Assembly (NCBI GenBank): GCA_001949185.1
Contig: BDGG01000004.1
Location: 1,017,620 to 1,081,619 of the forward strand
Length of the DNA: 64,000 bases
From: Ramazzottius varieornatus
Lineage: Eukaryota; Animalia; Tardigrada
Direction of reading: 5' to 3'
Part shown: positions 1 through 21,568 of the stretch, piece by piece
Layout of the letters: each line of letters opens with the position of its first letter
Position numbering within the stretch: the first letter of the stretch is position 1
Notes under the pieces: model-generated
Seen by the model: only the letters and a program-made list of their open reading frames with translations
Database searches by the model: none
What the model was told of the DNA's origin: nothing
Translations under genes and position numbers: made by a program

Positions 1-214
1 CTGGACTTGGTTGGTACCTGCCGTTATTACAGTGCTTTGGCTTCGTTACGAGAGCGCAGTCTGCTTAGCCAGAGTACATCCGCTACGAGATTGTAACGCT
101 GTAGCGAAAAATCGTAAACACAACCAAACCAAGATTCAAAAGAATGAAAGTGCGCTCTTACAGCTGAAACATTCTGAAAACACAGACTTGTTATCAGCTT
201 TTTAGAACGACCGC

Positions 215-1734
215 CTAATTAGTGACTCGCTTCTTAGCTGCAGCCGGCACGAGTGATGGCCTTTTTTTCGGCGTTAGTTTGACTGTTATTACCTTGGGAT
301 TAGGCTTGCTTTTGGGCTTACTTAGTGGTCTTGAGCTGTTTCGCCAGTTCGAAGTGACGTGGGCGCCATCCCACTTCCTAGCTATTCTCAAGAGCGCCCT
401 TCTTCGAGCTATGAGTTCCGGGTCATCACTTTCTTCTTCGTCTATTACGGGAGATGGTGGTGACACCGCTAACTGCTCAGGTGTACCGTTCGTGGGAAGA
501 CCAACGGGCGCTGCGGCAGCTTTCGAACCGCTCAGAGGAGCTCGTGAGCTGAAGTTGAAAGACCCAGGTTTGCGAGCAGCATCTGTACTGCCCCTCGCTG
601 CGTTCGTCCGCGACGGAGGCCTGAAAAACGCAAAATGACATGCAGACTTTAGATGGTGTCATTTCGAGCACTAATGTATTACTGTAAGTCAGTATCGACG
701 TCGTAGCCGTCGTTCTCCAGCAATGTTCGCAAGACCACGTTCGCTGTTTGTGCAGGGGGAACAAAGTCTTGAAGGAAGTACAACGACGTGAAGTGCTGGG
801 CGACGTAGGACAAGTCTTCGTAGTCGACCACTGTCCGCGGAGATGCAGAGCGCTGTGCGTGACGATAGGCTTCCTGAATGAAGGTCCGAATGAAGTGCTC
901 CATAGCGATAGAAACTGCTTTCACTGATGGGTGACTGATGCGAATATCGTGTAGGGAAGTCACATGCGCCATAATACGGCGCATTTGCTTGGGCGAAAAG
1001 AACGTTGTCGGAACTGGAACGACACTGGCGTTCTTCTGGGGCTTCTTGTCGAAAACTTCTTCCACTTCTTTCTTCTCAACTTCAGGTGTCTGCAAATGAA
1101 GTACGATCTAAGTTATGTCCTGCAGCTCATATGGATGTGGAGGGTCCATTCTTGACCATGCTTACTGATTCTTCGTCGACGTCTGGCTTGACTTCTTCCT
1201 CAGCTATTTTTGCAGCAAGATGGCTGCTCAGTACACCTGCAGATGCAGCAATCTTGGCCAGATCAGGCAATTTCCGAGGCGGAGGAACAAAGTGTGTGGG
1301 GTGGTCGCGGATCAGTTGGTCGATTTCATCGACAGTAAGGCTTGTGTCACCAGGAGTATTGGACGTTTCCGAAGAATCAGAGTCGTCTACTGTTGAATCT
1401 GTGAACGAACAGAAGGTACTAGCATATCACTGATTCCAGCAGAGGTAGTCGTCAGTTTGGGAATGAAAATACCATCATCATCGTCCTCCATTGTCGTGTC
1501 TTTCTCGTCGGATTCGCTTTCGCCGGATGTCGCGGACCTTTGGGCATTCGGACGGGCCTCTTCCTCACTCTCGTCGCTGCTTTCCGTCTTCTCCTCGCGG
1601 TCATCATCGTCCATTAGTACATCATCGTCGTCGCTTTCTTCGTTGGTGCGTGGTATTCCAGTGCCCCGATTCGAGCTGTCGTCCACTCTCCCTTCAGCCT
1701 GACGCGGCGACTTCGGTCCGGGAGATCTGTTCAT
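215..1734 (-). CDS. H2A-like histone-fold protein (CHRAC1/POLE4/NF-YC family) with long acidic N-terminus and basic C-terminal tail, ~435 aa
   Basis: Four exons (1734-1473, 1398-1166, 1089-683, 620-215) join in frame through GT-AG introns. The core FSPKQMRRIMAHV...VSIAMEHFIRTFIQEAY...VDYEDLSYVAQHFTSLYFLQDFVP resembles the CHRAC1/DPB3 histone fold. Confidence 0.75.
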
Positions 1735-2178
1735 CTTCAAAGTTCTCTCCTGTGACCTGCGAGAATCGGGATGCTTCCGAAGTTCCAGGTTCCCATGAAC
1801 AAACCTAAAGATAAAGAACAAACCTACAGACAGCGCGCATTCACGAGTCACAACAGGAGAGCATAGATTGCCATAGAAGATCATTCAAAAAATAGATGAT
1901 CACCTCGCTGCCCCGGGGGATCCGGGAGAGGGTGAGCCATCAAGGCGTTAAGCTCGACTGGGCAGATGCAGGAATCAGCAGGATGGGTCCGTTGCTTGAT
2001 TATTGATTGCTGGACCACTGTTAGTCTGTTAATCTGGTTCCAGTTCTAAGAGTTCGTTTTCCGGACTCTTCCCTAAACTTTTTCAGATCTTGTCTCGTCG
2101 GTACGATATATTGATCGGACCGCACAGCAAGCTTGCGCTTCCGCTTCCGCTTCGGCACTCTCCTTTGGTGTATTCATT

Positions 2179-2469
2179 ATGTTGCAGATACTTATGCCCT
2201 TGGCACGAAGATATGCGGTGTATCTGACGTTCCCTGCAGCTCTCATCATTGGAACAATAGGCTACAGCATCGAGCGTATTCTAACCAAAGATCGACCTGC
2301 CCAAGTCAGCCGGAAAGCTATCAAGGAAGAACGAGATGTCCGGTTGCTGGAGGCCAGTAGGGACGGGGCGTCTGAAGCGAGGGACGACCGTCCCGAAGCA
2401 CCGAAGAAGCCGCGCTTGCCGTCGATCTTTGAGAAAAATGTCCAGCTAGAATCGCGATTTACTTCTTGA
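2179..2469 (+). CDS. SMIM12: Small integral membrane protein 12 (UPF0767 family)
   Basis: Single-exon 96-aa ORF. RRYAVYLTFPAALIIGTIGYSIE matches the SMIM12 TM motif, and KEERDVRLL and IFEKN follow it. Confidence 0.85.
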   Translation: MLQILMPLARRYAVYLTFPAALIIGTIGYSIERILTKDRPAQVSRKAIKEERDVRLLEASRDGASEARDDRPEAPKKPRLPSIFEKNVQLESRFTS

Positions 2470-3086
2470 TGCTGGTTCATTTCCTGTCATCCTCCGTGTG
2501 TCTTTTGGTCTTACGTGGCTCTGATTATTCTTACTCACGGTTTCTGTGATACGGGTGAGTTAAGATTTTGCTCCGTCGCGTTGACGTCACAAAGTAAGAT
2601 CCTCCACTTCCGGCTGCAAACTCGCGATATGGATCGGCCCGTACGGACAATAAAATCCATGCTCGTCTTACGCAATGGTCCTTTACTGGACTCAGTATTA
2701 TGGTATTTGAAAGAAGCGAAGCGTCAAAGAAAATGCATTCTTTATAACAATCTTAGGGGTAGAGCTTTTGATCTGTTAGTCCATTGAAGGTATTCAAGCT
2801 CAGGAAGGACGCGATCGGAGTGGAATTCGAAGGAATGGGTACACATTTGGGGGTGAACGTTGGAAAGCAGGAAGCTTATAGTACTTTCATATGTTGTGAT
2901 TCGAATAAAGGTTTCGATGAATGAATGGTTCCAGATGCTTTCATCAAACTCTCACACCGTAAGTAGGGTGCTGAGCTTGACGGCTGCGTTCGCGGTTCGC
3001 CTGACGTCTGTCTTTTCAGTATGCGACGACAGGTGTCCAGCTCGCTTCGAGGAATTTTGGCAAGTCAGTTCTGCATTCAGTTTTCT

Positions 3087-4121
3087 ATGGCCAAGTACAG
3101 GTTAGTTTACTTTGATGGCCGAGGCCGCGCCGAAGTTATCCGGATACTACTTGCTGCCGCTTACGTGCAATTCGTGGACGACCGCATCGACGTAAAGGAC
3201 TGGCCAGACTTGAAACCAGGTGGGTCGCCGAACTTTGTTTCTTGTTTCCGTCTGCTCCATCCGGTAACCGCTCTTCAAACATTACGAACTGGTGCTACTC
3301 TACAGATACACCATGGGGAGGTCTGCCGGTACTGTACGTTGATGGACGTGAAGTGGCACAAACAGGGCCGATAGTCCGCTATTTGGCCAAACAATTTCGT
3401 ACGATGCAACCAAGTTCTTTTCGATTACCTGTAAAGTACCCTATCTTTCTTTCCATTTCAGATTTAGCGGGAATGGACAAATGGGAGCAGCTATTGGCAG
3501 ATTCGGCATTGGAGGCTACTCTGGACTTGATGTCGACAGCAATCGCGTTGGGCGAATCCAAGAAAGGTCCACTTGAAAAGGTCTCCCAAAAACCGTCAGT
3601 CTAATCCCTGTCAGAAAGCCCAGGTTACAAGAAAAGTATGCCAATTATTTCTCTTCCCGCCTCATACAGGAAGATGATATAAGGAGGTTCAAGGAGCACA
3701 CCATACCCGTGGCCATGACGAACTACGACCGGTATATCCTGGCGAACGGGAACAATGGCTTCACCGTTGGCAACCACGTGAGTCTCCGCCTTACGCTTGG
3801 TTACCATCAAGGTTCCGACTTGCATGTAACAGTAATACTTGAACCGCGATCGTTGCAGATGACGATGGCCGATATTGGTCTCTTCAACTGTAAGTACTTG
3901 CACCTTTCTGGCTCTTTTGGACGCTACCTTCGAATTGGCTTCAGGAACTCTGTACTGTCACGAGGGACCTTTTCACAGTTCTGGACAGCGTCCTTCATCA
4001 CGGCGTGTTCGCGCTAGAGTCTGTTAAGCTGTTTCCGGCGGTCTATAAGGTTTACGAACAGGTCAAGGCCCAGCCGCGTATCGCCTTGTATCTGAGCCAG
4101 CGCCCTCATTCGAATTTCTAG
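3087..4121 (+). CDS. Glutathione S-transferase, sigma class
   Basis: Spliced gene reading MAKYRLVYFDGRGRAEVIRILL, TPWGGLPVLYVDG, GFTVGNH/MTMADIGLF, and ending QPRIALYLSQRPHSNF-stop at 4119-4121. Confidence 0.9.
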
Positions 4122-4512
4122 AAACCCTTGGTACCGACCAATTACCTCCCTGATTCCGTTCCCTTTTCCGAATTGCTTTCAGGCAAATACATTTCTTGTT
4201 CTACCATCCTGTGGCAGCGCGAGTAAGGGTAATGCCTGGCTTTCACCCTCAGATAGAAAGTTATCAGCTTACGATTGTCACGGACATTTCACTTCGCACC
4301 AGAATGTTTATTCGATTCTCAACTGTCAAGCAGTACAGTTTCCTCCAGAACCAAGAAAGACCCTATTGTGCGAACACAGTAATAATCATTACATCCATCA
4401 ACTTTAAAGCAAAAGCGAAGTCTAACGTCGATTACACCAACCGCTCAGTTGCTTTCAGAGCTGTCGTCGTTGTCATGAGAGCTGAAACTTCAGGTTCTGA
4501 TGAGTTCTCGCG

Positions 4513-4798
4513 TTACCCTTGTTGTACAGTCTGATCCTGGAATTTGGCGCAGAACTGTGTTAGCTTAGCCTAAAACGCACGAACAATGTACGATTATACG
4601 TCAACACCAGTAATACAGAGGTCTGCTCCCACGAGAAAAAAACAAGTTGGATGATGATAAGCTCACCACTTGTTTTCGTAGACGTTCCACATCGCTGGCC
4701 GACGAAGCTGCCTCCAGCGCGGTAGCCATTTCTTCCTCCAGCTCGTCTCGTTTTAGCACTACTTCCCGCAAGCACTTCTCGAACGTCCCACCTTCCAT
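4513..4798 (-). CDS. 62-aa predicted helical microprotein, homologous to the N-terminal domain of the genes at 9739 and 22063
   Basis: Exons 4798-4667 and 4569-4513 give MEGGTFEKCLREVVLKRDELEEEMATALEAASSASDVERLRKQV/AKLTQFCAKFQDQTVQQG. The intron sits at the same KQV position as in the 22063 gene. Confidence 0.6.
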
Positions 4799-5491
4799 CT
4801 TCACTGTGGCAACTTCACCTGAAATAACCAGCGATGCGAGATCTTGCTACAGAGTATTCTCCGCGTTCTGCGTGAAGGTTTGCACATAGATGCACAGACA
4901 AAAAGGGTTCGGAAGGACTCAGAGCTAAAGGGACTTCTGGTTGAAAATGAAAAACCAAATAAATATTTTGACGTGCGGGTACATTCGGTGCAACCGGTAC
5001 GAACAGTACGCAACACTTGAACGGACCTGACGTACAAGTGGATCATTCAATCAACCCGGTGAATCTTTTCATGCTGATACGATCAGTTGTACAATCGTCT
5101 CGAGTCTCGACCTCATCTCGTACGCGAGACATGCGCGTCCCATTCAAAAGAAAATCGCAAACATTGCAGAAACAGCGGCCGGAAAACACTTCATCCTTTC
5201 AGTCAACTATTGCTGGTCGCTACAGAGTGTCTCCTTAAGTACCTTAGCCTTGACATCAAGATCTGCGGCTCCAGTTTGAGGTTGCAGTGGGACTTATCGT
5301 AGCTGGGAGGTTTCGGTCACGAATCGCGCTCGTCGATCGGCCATCACCGAAGACAATTTGCGGGGTAAGATTGATTCTTTACTTCTATTTAGAGAATGCT
5401 TTACGTTCGGCTTGGATCTGGGGGGTAACCTAAGTCTTCGTTCGCCACCAGATTGGAGGATATCGAGGACGGAATCGCGCTGGGGAGCGGG

Positions 5492-7716
5492 ATGAGCGCG
5501 GTAATTCGACATGGGAGCGAGGATGACATTACTTTGGCAGAAGTGGATCGGGTGGCAGTGGTGGGAGGAGGCGGATATGTCGGATGGCACATAGTTTTAC
5601 GTTTAGTGGGCTGTGGGCATTCGGTAGCCATTATGGACCTGGGATTGTTCCCTGAAGCTCGGGAAGCTGTCAGCGCCAACAAGAGCATTACGTTCTTTCG
5701 GGTACGCGCAATGCACTCAGCATAATTTTATGAAAAGCTTTCTATCTATCCGTCTTTGTGAGAGTCTTTTGTCCGCAGTATGGAATATCGATCGGTGTCA
5801 CTCGAAGAGAAGAGTTCATTACATTCAGTAGTGTATTTTGCGGTGTTAGTTGAGACCAAAATAACACTGAATAACTGAGCGATCATGTGGGTTCGTCCCT
5901 TAGTCGTCATCATGATGAGTTTGCTCTGTGGGAAGTCATCCCATCGGATTGGTGGACTGATAACTGGTGACTTGCCTTTATCTTCCATTCTTTGTTGCAG
6001 GTCGATATTCGGGAAAAAGAGGAGCTACTCGACAGTTTCAAGCGTTACCGCCCAAAGACGGTCTATCACGTTGCTTCCTATGGTAAACAAACTGTAGCTT
6101 GACATTAGGTTTTTCCGCATTGAGCCGTCCATTACTACAGAGCTTTTTTTTACAGGAATGTCCGGACGAGAAATGGTAGGCACTGCAAAACAGAAGAGTA
6201 GACTAGGGAAACTGATAATGATAAGCTAGCCGGCTCGAATAAGCCCCCTTCATTTGCACAAGGACCTCTGTAGGAACCTTCCTCGAACCGGGAACGGTTC
6301 ACTTAATCTAATTTTTGGAATTGCTTTTTCAGTTGAATAAGCGCCTAATCGAGGAAGTGAATATTGATGGAGTGAAGAATTCTCTGACAGCGTGTAACGA
6401 GGCAAACGTCGAACGGTTCGTGTATACTTCCTCCTATAACACCGTCTACGGTGGCCAGCAGATCATCAACGGCAATGAAGACAACACGAAGTTCCTTCCT
6501 ATCTATAAGGTACTTGACTTCTCAAACCAGAGTAAATTCAGGATTTTTCCTTTTCAACTCCTTTGTGCTAACAGCATCCAGATCATTACGCGTTGACCAA
6601 GTCTATCAGCGAGCAACTGGTCCTAATGGCTGACCGGAAGCAGTCAGTTGACGGAACTGCCATTCTGCGGTCTTGCTCATTACGTCTTCCCGGCATTTAC
6701 GGTCCCGGTGAACAGAGACATTTGCCCCGCATCGTAAAGTATCTTGAGAAAGGATGGGTATCCTTTCGTTATGGCCAAGGCATCGTTGATTTCGTCCACG
6801 TACGTTACTCCGATTTGAAAGCCGGATTTCATCCTATACTAATTCATCCAACTTTCGTTGTTACCCTCCAGATTGACAACGTTGTAGAAGCACACGTTCT
6901 GGCTGGCCGGGCACTTGGGCCAGACAAAAACTGCATCGTAAGTCTCTGGGGAGTTTTCAAACCGAGGCAATTTGTCCGCATATTTACTTCTCGTCGTAAT
7001 TGGTGAAGTATAATTAACGATACGTTGTGGCTTCAGGCTGGAGGAAAGTCGTACTTCATCAACGATGGCTTGCCTATAAACAACTTCGAGTTCTTTCGCC
7101 CTTTGGTAATTCAGTTTTTTGCTTTTCGACTGTTGGTCAGTCTTGTACTGATCGAACTGTTGAAATGTCAAATATTGACGTATCGACGCTTGGTTCATTG
7201 ATCACGTGCCATCTTTGCAGATCGAAGGTCTGGGTTATCAGTTTCCTAATCGAACACTGCCTTTCAGCTTCATATTCTTCATTGGTAGGGGATTTACTCT
7301 GATCTTTAGTTCGAGTTTGAGAGACAGAAGTAGTATGAATATATCCTGCTCTTACCGCTGCTTGGTCTGTAGCAATACTGTTGGAGAATCTGTACAGTCT
7401 GGACTTCGTGACTCGGTACAACTTGGACCGCTACTTTCCCCTCCTTACCCGAACCGAAGTATACAAAACCGGAGTAACGCATTACTTCTCCATTGAGAAG
7501 GCTCGGAAAGAACTCGGCTACGTACCGCGAACTCATCCTAACGACCTAAGCCAAGTAATTGCCATGTACCAGTCTACGCCGGAATACAGGAAGCGCCTGG
7601 CGGCAACCACAACGTCAATGAAGGTCGAATCTCTACTTAGCACAGTTTTCAACAAGTTTGTCTTCCTCTTCGTAGCATTATTGTTATGCTTTGGGTTCTT
7701 TATGAGATCTTTTTAG
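5492..7716 (+). CDS. SDR42E1: Short-chain dehydrogenase/reductase 42E1-like (3-beta-HSD family)
   Basis: Rossmann motif VAVVGGGGYVG, YGMSGRE microexon (6156-6175), VYTSSYN, catalytic YALTK, GIYGPGEQRHLPRI, EVYKTGVTHYFSIEKARKELGY, and a C-terminal TM helix. Confidence 0.9.
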
Positions 7717-7919
7717 GCTTTTGATAGTTGTCGTTTCGAGCCGTAACTTTCCCAAAGTCCTACAGCGGATGACGATCTTCCTGTTTTTATTGTTTGAACT
7801 GTGGTCCGACTTGAATACTCTTCAAGTACTTTGTTCCAGTCTAGAAATCGTGATTGTTATAATTGAGATCTTTTACCGTGTGGAGCGGATTCTTTTTAAT
7901 ATTTCGAGCAATAAAAGTT

Positions 7920-9315
7920 TTATCGTCGTTTATACAGGCATGGTTTGAGCCTGATTTCAGGAAGTTCGCCAACAGCAACGGTCTCTTGGACCTTATCAAA
8001 ATCTAACAGCACAAAGAAATTCCCTTCGAACTGCTGCTGTTGTCTGTTGCGTAGACGAAAACCTAGTCGCTCAGTTTTACGAATGAACTGCTTCAAGTTG
8101 TCGAACCGACTGCCCACTTCGGCAATCTTGAGGACACCCGAAGTCCGCAGGATCCTCCAGGCTTCGCACAAGTACTCCACCACGTTGGTGCCCATCAAGG
8201 AAAGGCAGAAGACTACCACGTTAACCGAAGAGTCTCTAAGAGGAACGGAACTCATCTCGCAAACTGTCACGCGATCGTTTAGTGCTTGTAGATCGAAGGA
8301 ATGGCATTTCTGAGGAACCAATGTGGACAACTCGGCTTCTCCACATCCCATATCTGCGACCACCCAGTTCTTCGGCCTACGTAAGCCAGCAGTTAGTAGT
8401 TTCAGTGCAAATTTTGAACAGAAGAGCAGCTGCAAGCCTGCAACGTTACTTACTGTCGTTTGAGCCATTCAGCCATCTGTAGCAGCGGTTTCTTCGGCCA
8501 CGATGTCGTCTGTTCTCGATATCCGTCGTGATATTCGGCAAAAGCTGTAAACGTACTCAAAGGTTACGAAAATTAGCCATGATCAGAACGACGCAAGATA
8601 ACAAACTCCCGGGCCTGTTTGACTATCTAAAGCCGCCTGTACGTCTAGCCCATCGCCTGACATTGACCGCGCGGGTGAAAGGGTACGTACCTTCGGGTTC
8701 GTCGCGGAAGAACTTCATGGCCTCCTGACCAGTGCATGTATATAGCTTCTCGTTTAACTGCCGAAATCTCGAACCTTTCAGGCGCTTCTCCGCCTTTTCT
8801 AGGTAACTCACAGGCGTGTCGGTTTTTCTCTTCTTCGCTTGCTTCGCTTCTGGAACCATCCCTTGCTCAGGGTGGTGTCCGGATCGTTGCGTCTGGGAGT
8901 GACTATCGAGACCATTCACCTCCGAGGCCACCTCATCGGTCTCTGCAGCCAGCTCGTCTGCAACTGGTCTGATGATTCCGCGGTTCTTCTTGACCGGCTG
9001 TGCCGACGTTCCCAATTCTGCATCTCTTCTATAAGACAAGGACTTATTCAACGGATACACCCAGGTGCACTGGGAAGTACGCCGATAGGCACTAAGCGGC
9101 AGCATACCCTACTTCTAAGTTCTAACAAGGCAAAAACAGCCATACCGCTGTCGTTTTCTGGACTTGTTCTGTCCGGCTTCTTTCTGGAAGGGTTTAGCGC
9201 GATGAACGATGCTCGCAGATAATGCTTTCGGAGTCCCAAACAAGCCTTCGATCAAACTGCTTGTTTCCGCCGAAACGCTTTCGCCCCAGACATCCGCTCC
9301 CGCGCTTGCAAACAT
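7920..9315 (-). CDS. RRP8: Ribosomal RNA-processing protein 8 / nucleomethylin (rRNA adenine methyltransferase)
   Basis: RLKGSRFRQLNEKLYT, VADMGCGEA, VFCLSLMGTN, LKIAEVGSRF and C-terminal LKPCLYKRR. Confidence 0.93.
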
Positions 9316-9537
9316 ATCGACGCTTAAGGCTCGCCTATCACAACTTCTCGAGCTCCTGGTTTTCAGACGTATAAAACTAGTATAGCCAGAGCTAGTATAG
9401 CTCACAATTTTTGACTCACACGAGTGAATGATAATCAATGATCCACCGATCGCTACTGTACATCCGCCGCAAGTCTTCGGTAATCAAACTCATAGTGCCC
9501 TCACACTGCCTATTCAAGATCAGCTGTTTTCGGTAAC

Positions 9538-11330
9538 GACGTCATCCTATTGAGGTGGCTTGACCAGGTTTGTTAAGCCCATACCTGATAACTTGATTCA
9601 AGTAAGTTAACTGATTGAACCCTCTCGAAGATCTGGTCGGATTTTGCATTTTCCAGTTAACGAGTTTCATAGACTCATAGTTGAATGTTTACTAGCGCTT
9701 TCGCGGGCTTTCGGATTGATATCTTGGCTCGACTTGCAATGGTCACAACGAAAGACGCGTCATTTGAGACTGGGTACGAGGGAGTGGTGATTAAGCGGGA
9801 TGAGCTGGAGGACGCTCTGACTAACGCTCGCGAATCAGCGACATCGGTAAACGCCGGTCAGGGTGCGACGGTGAACGTCTACAGAAACAAGTGGTGCGCA
9901 AAACGTGATCTACTCTCCATCCCTTCTGTCTGTCTTCGCGGTACGTCAGTCTAGAAAGATAGCGTACTCGGGACTAGCCTCTGTTTTCAGGTGAAAACTT
10001 TGCGTTGCTGCACAACGTTCGAGGATGACTGCCAGGACAAGTGTGTTAAGAGTCTGAGCGATCTTCGGGCGGACACTCCGCTTCGGGCGTCTAAATGGGC
10101 TCACTTTTCGCCATGGTGTACCTAGGAAATACAATTGTTCTATAGGTTGCGGAAGGTGGAGGGGCGCGGGATGCGTCTGTGGTTGAGCACAACGCGAGGT
10201 CTGCTGCACAACCAAGTGCCACAGTAAAGACCGCCGCTAGGGAGAAACTTATACAAAGAATCAATCAGGTTATCGCGAGATGTCATACATCTTGGTTGTG
10301 CATATCTTCGCTAGGCAAGCAGGCTGTCGCGGAGCCACTCGCAGCTGCAGCGGAAACCACAGCCACAACGTCAGTGAAGGAAATGCAGGAAGCGGTGGAC
10401 GAAGTTAGAGATAATGCCGCTGAGGACAAGGCGGGACAGGAAGGAAGCACGACGACGATGAGTAAGAAGCAGAAGAAGGCCGCAAAAAAGGCGGCAGCAA
10501 AATTAGAGAAAGCTGCCGAGCATACTTCCGCAGAGGTCTCTCAGAAGACCGGAGTAAGTGCTGCATCAGTACAGGAGCCGAAGAAAGAAGAAGTGAATGA
10601 AGAACAGGGCGCGAAGATGGAAGAGAAGGTTGAGAAACCGGCAGAGAATGGCACCAAGAAGACAGAAGAAAAAGCTGAAGAGAAGAATCCAGCTCAGAAT
10701 GGAACGAAGGTGGAGGAGGAGGAGAAAAAGAAGGAAAAGACGAACGAGCCACCGAAGGCCAAGGAACCTGGACAGGTAAAACTAAGATTATCCGGCCATT
10801 GTAACAAGCGCTAATGACGATAACCGTATCTGGCAATGTGATGTTGCCTTTTCATTAGCTGGAATCGATTCTACCCAATGGTTTCATTCCGTCGACACAT
10901 CACGCCATGGGATACCTGTTGGAACGCATCAAATGGGGAAGAGAAGACGTTTCGTCGGCTGAGTAGCCTGGTGCTGATCTCGGCTACGCAGTCCATCGGT
11001 GGTTCTTTTCAGAACGCCGGCCTTGTGTTCCCATTATAATCCGTTTGTCCACTGGTTACTAAAGTCTACAGCAGCTTATGAATTCGTTGAGAGATGCCTT
11101 CGATCTTTCTTTTACAAATTAGCCGTTTCTTTCTTTACAGATGGTCGGTGCAAAAGTTTTATGTTTTGTACGAGTACTTTGTTTTATTGCGCAGCAATCA
11201 GAACTAAATGCAATGGAAGGGAAATTGAAAAATTCGAAACAGACGAACTGAAATTGGACCGCGAAAGCCCACACTTCTGAATTTAACTCTTCTACAAAAT
11301 GAAATAAAATCAAACAAATTACAGAACAAT
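9538..11330 (+). repeat. Segmental duplication, copy A (direct repeat of 21838-25085)
   Basis: Aligns from GACGTCAT through the promoter, exons, introns and 3' flank. 10386-11197 matches 23764-24575 with only 4 substitutions seen. Confidence 0.95.
9739..10966 (+). pseudogene. 5'-disrupted copy of the RRM/IDR gene at 22063 (RRM exons deleted)
   Basis: Relative to the intact copy it has a 14-nt insertion in exon 1 (GCCGGTCAGGGTGC), a 1-nt deletion in exon 3, exon-3 donor GT changed to CT, and a ~770-bp deletion removing exons 4-6. The last two exons are intact. Confidence 0.75.
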
Positions 11331-11678
11331 GTACGAAAAAATTAACCGTTATAAATGGGCGTAACTGTCCAGCTGAGCTCACTTACGACACAGCCAATGA
11401 CAACTGGAGTTTGCCGCATGCGCAGATTTCATTGGTTTTAACCATCTGGCTCCGTACACCCATTTTAACGGTTTATTTTGTCGTACACTGTACGTATGCA
11501 TGCCTAAGCAGCGTGACAGTTGTTTTGTATAACATTTTATCTTAGTTATCTCATTTTATTGTCTTCTGTGGACAGTCAGAGGCCGAGAAAGATTCCGATG
11601 AGGGGTTCAGTGTTGTGACAAAGAGCATGGAATTTGAGCTAGAGAAACTAGAAACCAGGGGATCGCACGAAGCTGCGC

Positions 11679-11808
11679 TAACTGGACATCCGAAGCAGGG
11701 AACGCAGCATAATTGTCAAGGAACCCAATTCCGGTCTGCAAGCGGCAGCCGTGATCTCACCTAGTCACTCAGGTGGAGTCAGCAGCCCTCCTTCGGATAT
11801 CCGAGTTA
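11679..11808. repeat. ~22-bp imperfect inverted repeat enclosing ~85 bp (MITE-like or structured RNA)
   Basis: TAACTGGACATCCGAAGCAGGG (11679-11700) pairs with CCCTCCTTCGGATATCCGAGTTA (11786-11808). Confidence 0.55.
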
Positions 11809-12106
11809 GAACTACCCGGTACTTTAAGACTAATGTAAGTTCAAGAGGAGTGCGTCTGGTTTGAGTTTTCCGTGAGGCAAATTTTACTCTTTATTGTAAG
11901 TGCTTTGTAACTGGGCTTGCGCCCATGGTTGTACAGAACAGGATGGGGCAGTTCTGTTCAGCAAGTGAGACAAGACCTGGTTTCGATGACAAGATTATTC
12001 TAAAAAGCGAACTATAGCAAAAGCCGCAACGACAATAGAAAGTGAAGATGAAGAACGATCAAAGCTAGCAAAGCTTCGTTAGACTATCATATTACAGGAG
12101 GGAAAT

Positions 12107-21568
<9,462 letters not shown>

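Noticed and set aside
5911-5961. C/D-box snoRNA candidate (ATGATGA...CTGA) in an SDR42E1 intron
   Set aside because: Only ~50 nt between the boxes, with no convincing internal boxes or recognisable rRNA guide.
6757-6765. U12-type donor consensus GTATCCTTT
   Set aside because: It lies inside an open SDR42E1 exon (GWVSFRYG) whose reading frame needs no intron there.
10179-10814. K/E/A-rich ORFs (also 23662-24192) as Dsup, LEA or CAHS proteins
   Set aside because: No RRSSRL-type motif, LEA 11-mer periodicity or CAHS motifs were recognised. They are exons of the RRM-gene family.
11720-11745. AACCCAATTC resembling the RNase P RNA 3' conserved region
   Set aside because: The following bases and the upstream pairing partner for helix P4 do not match.
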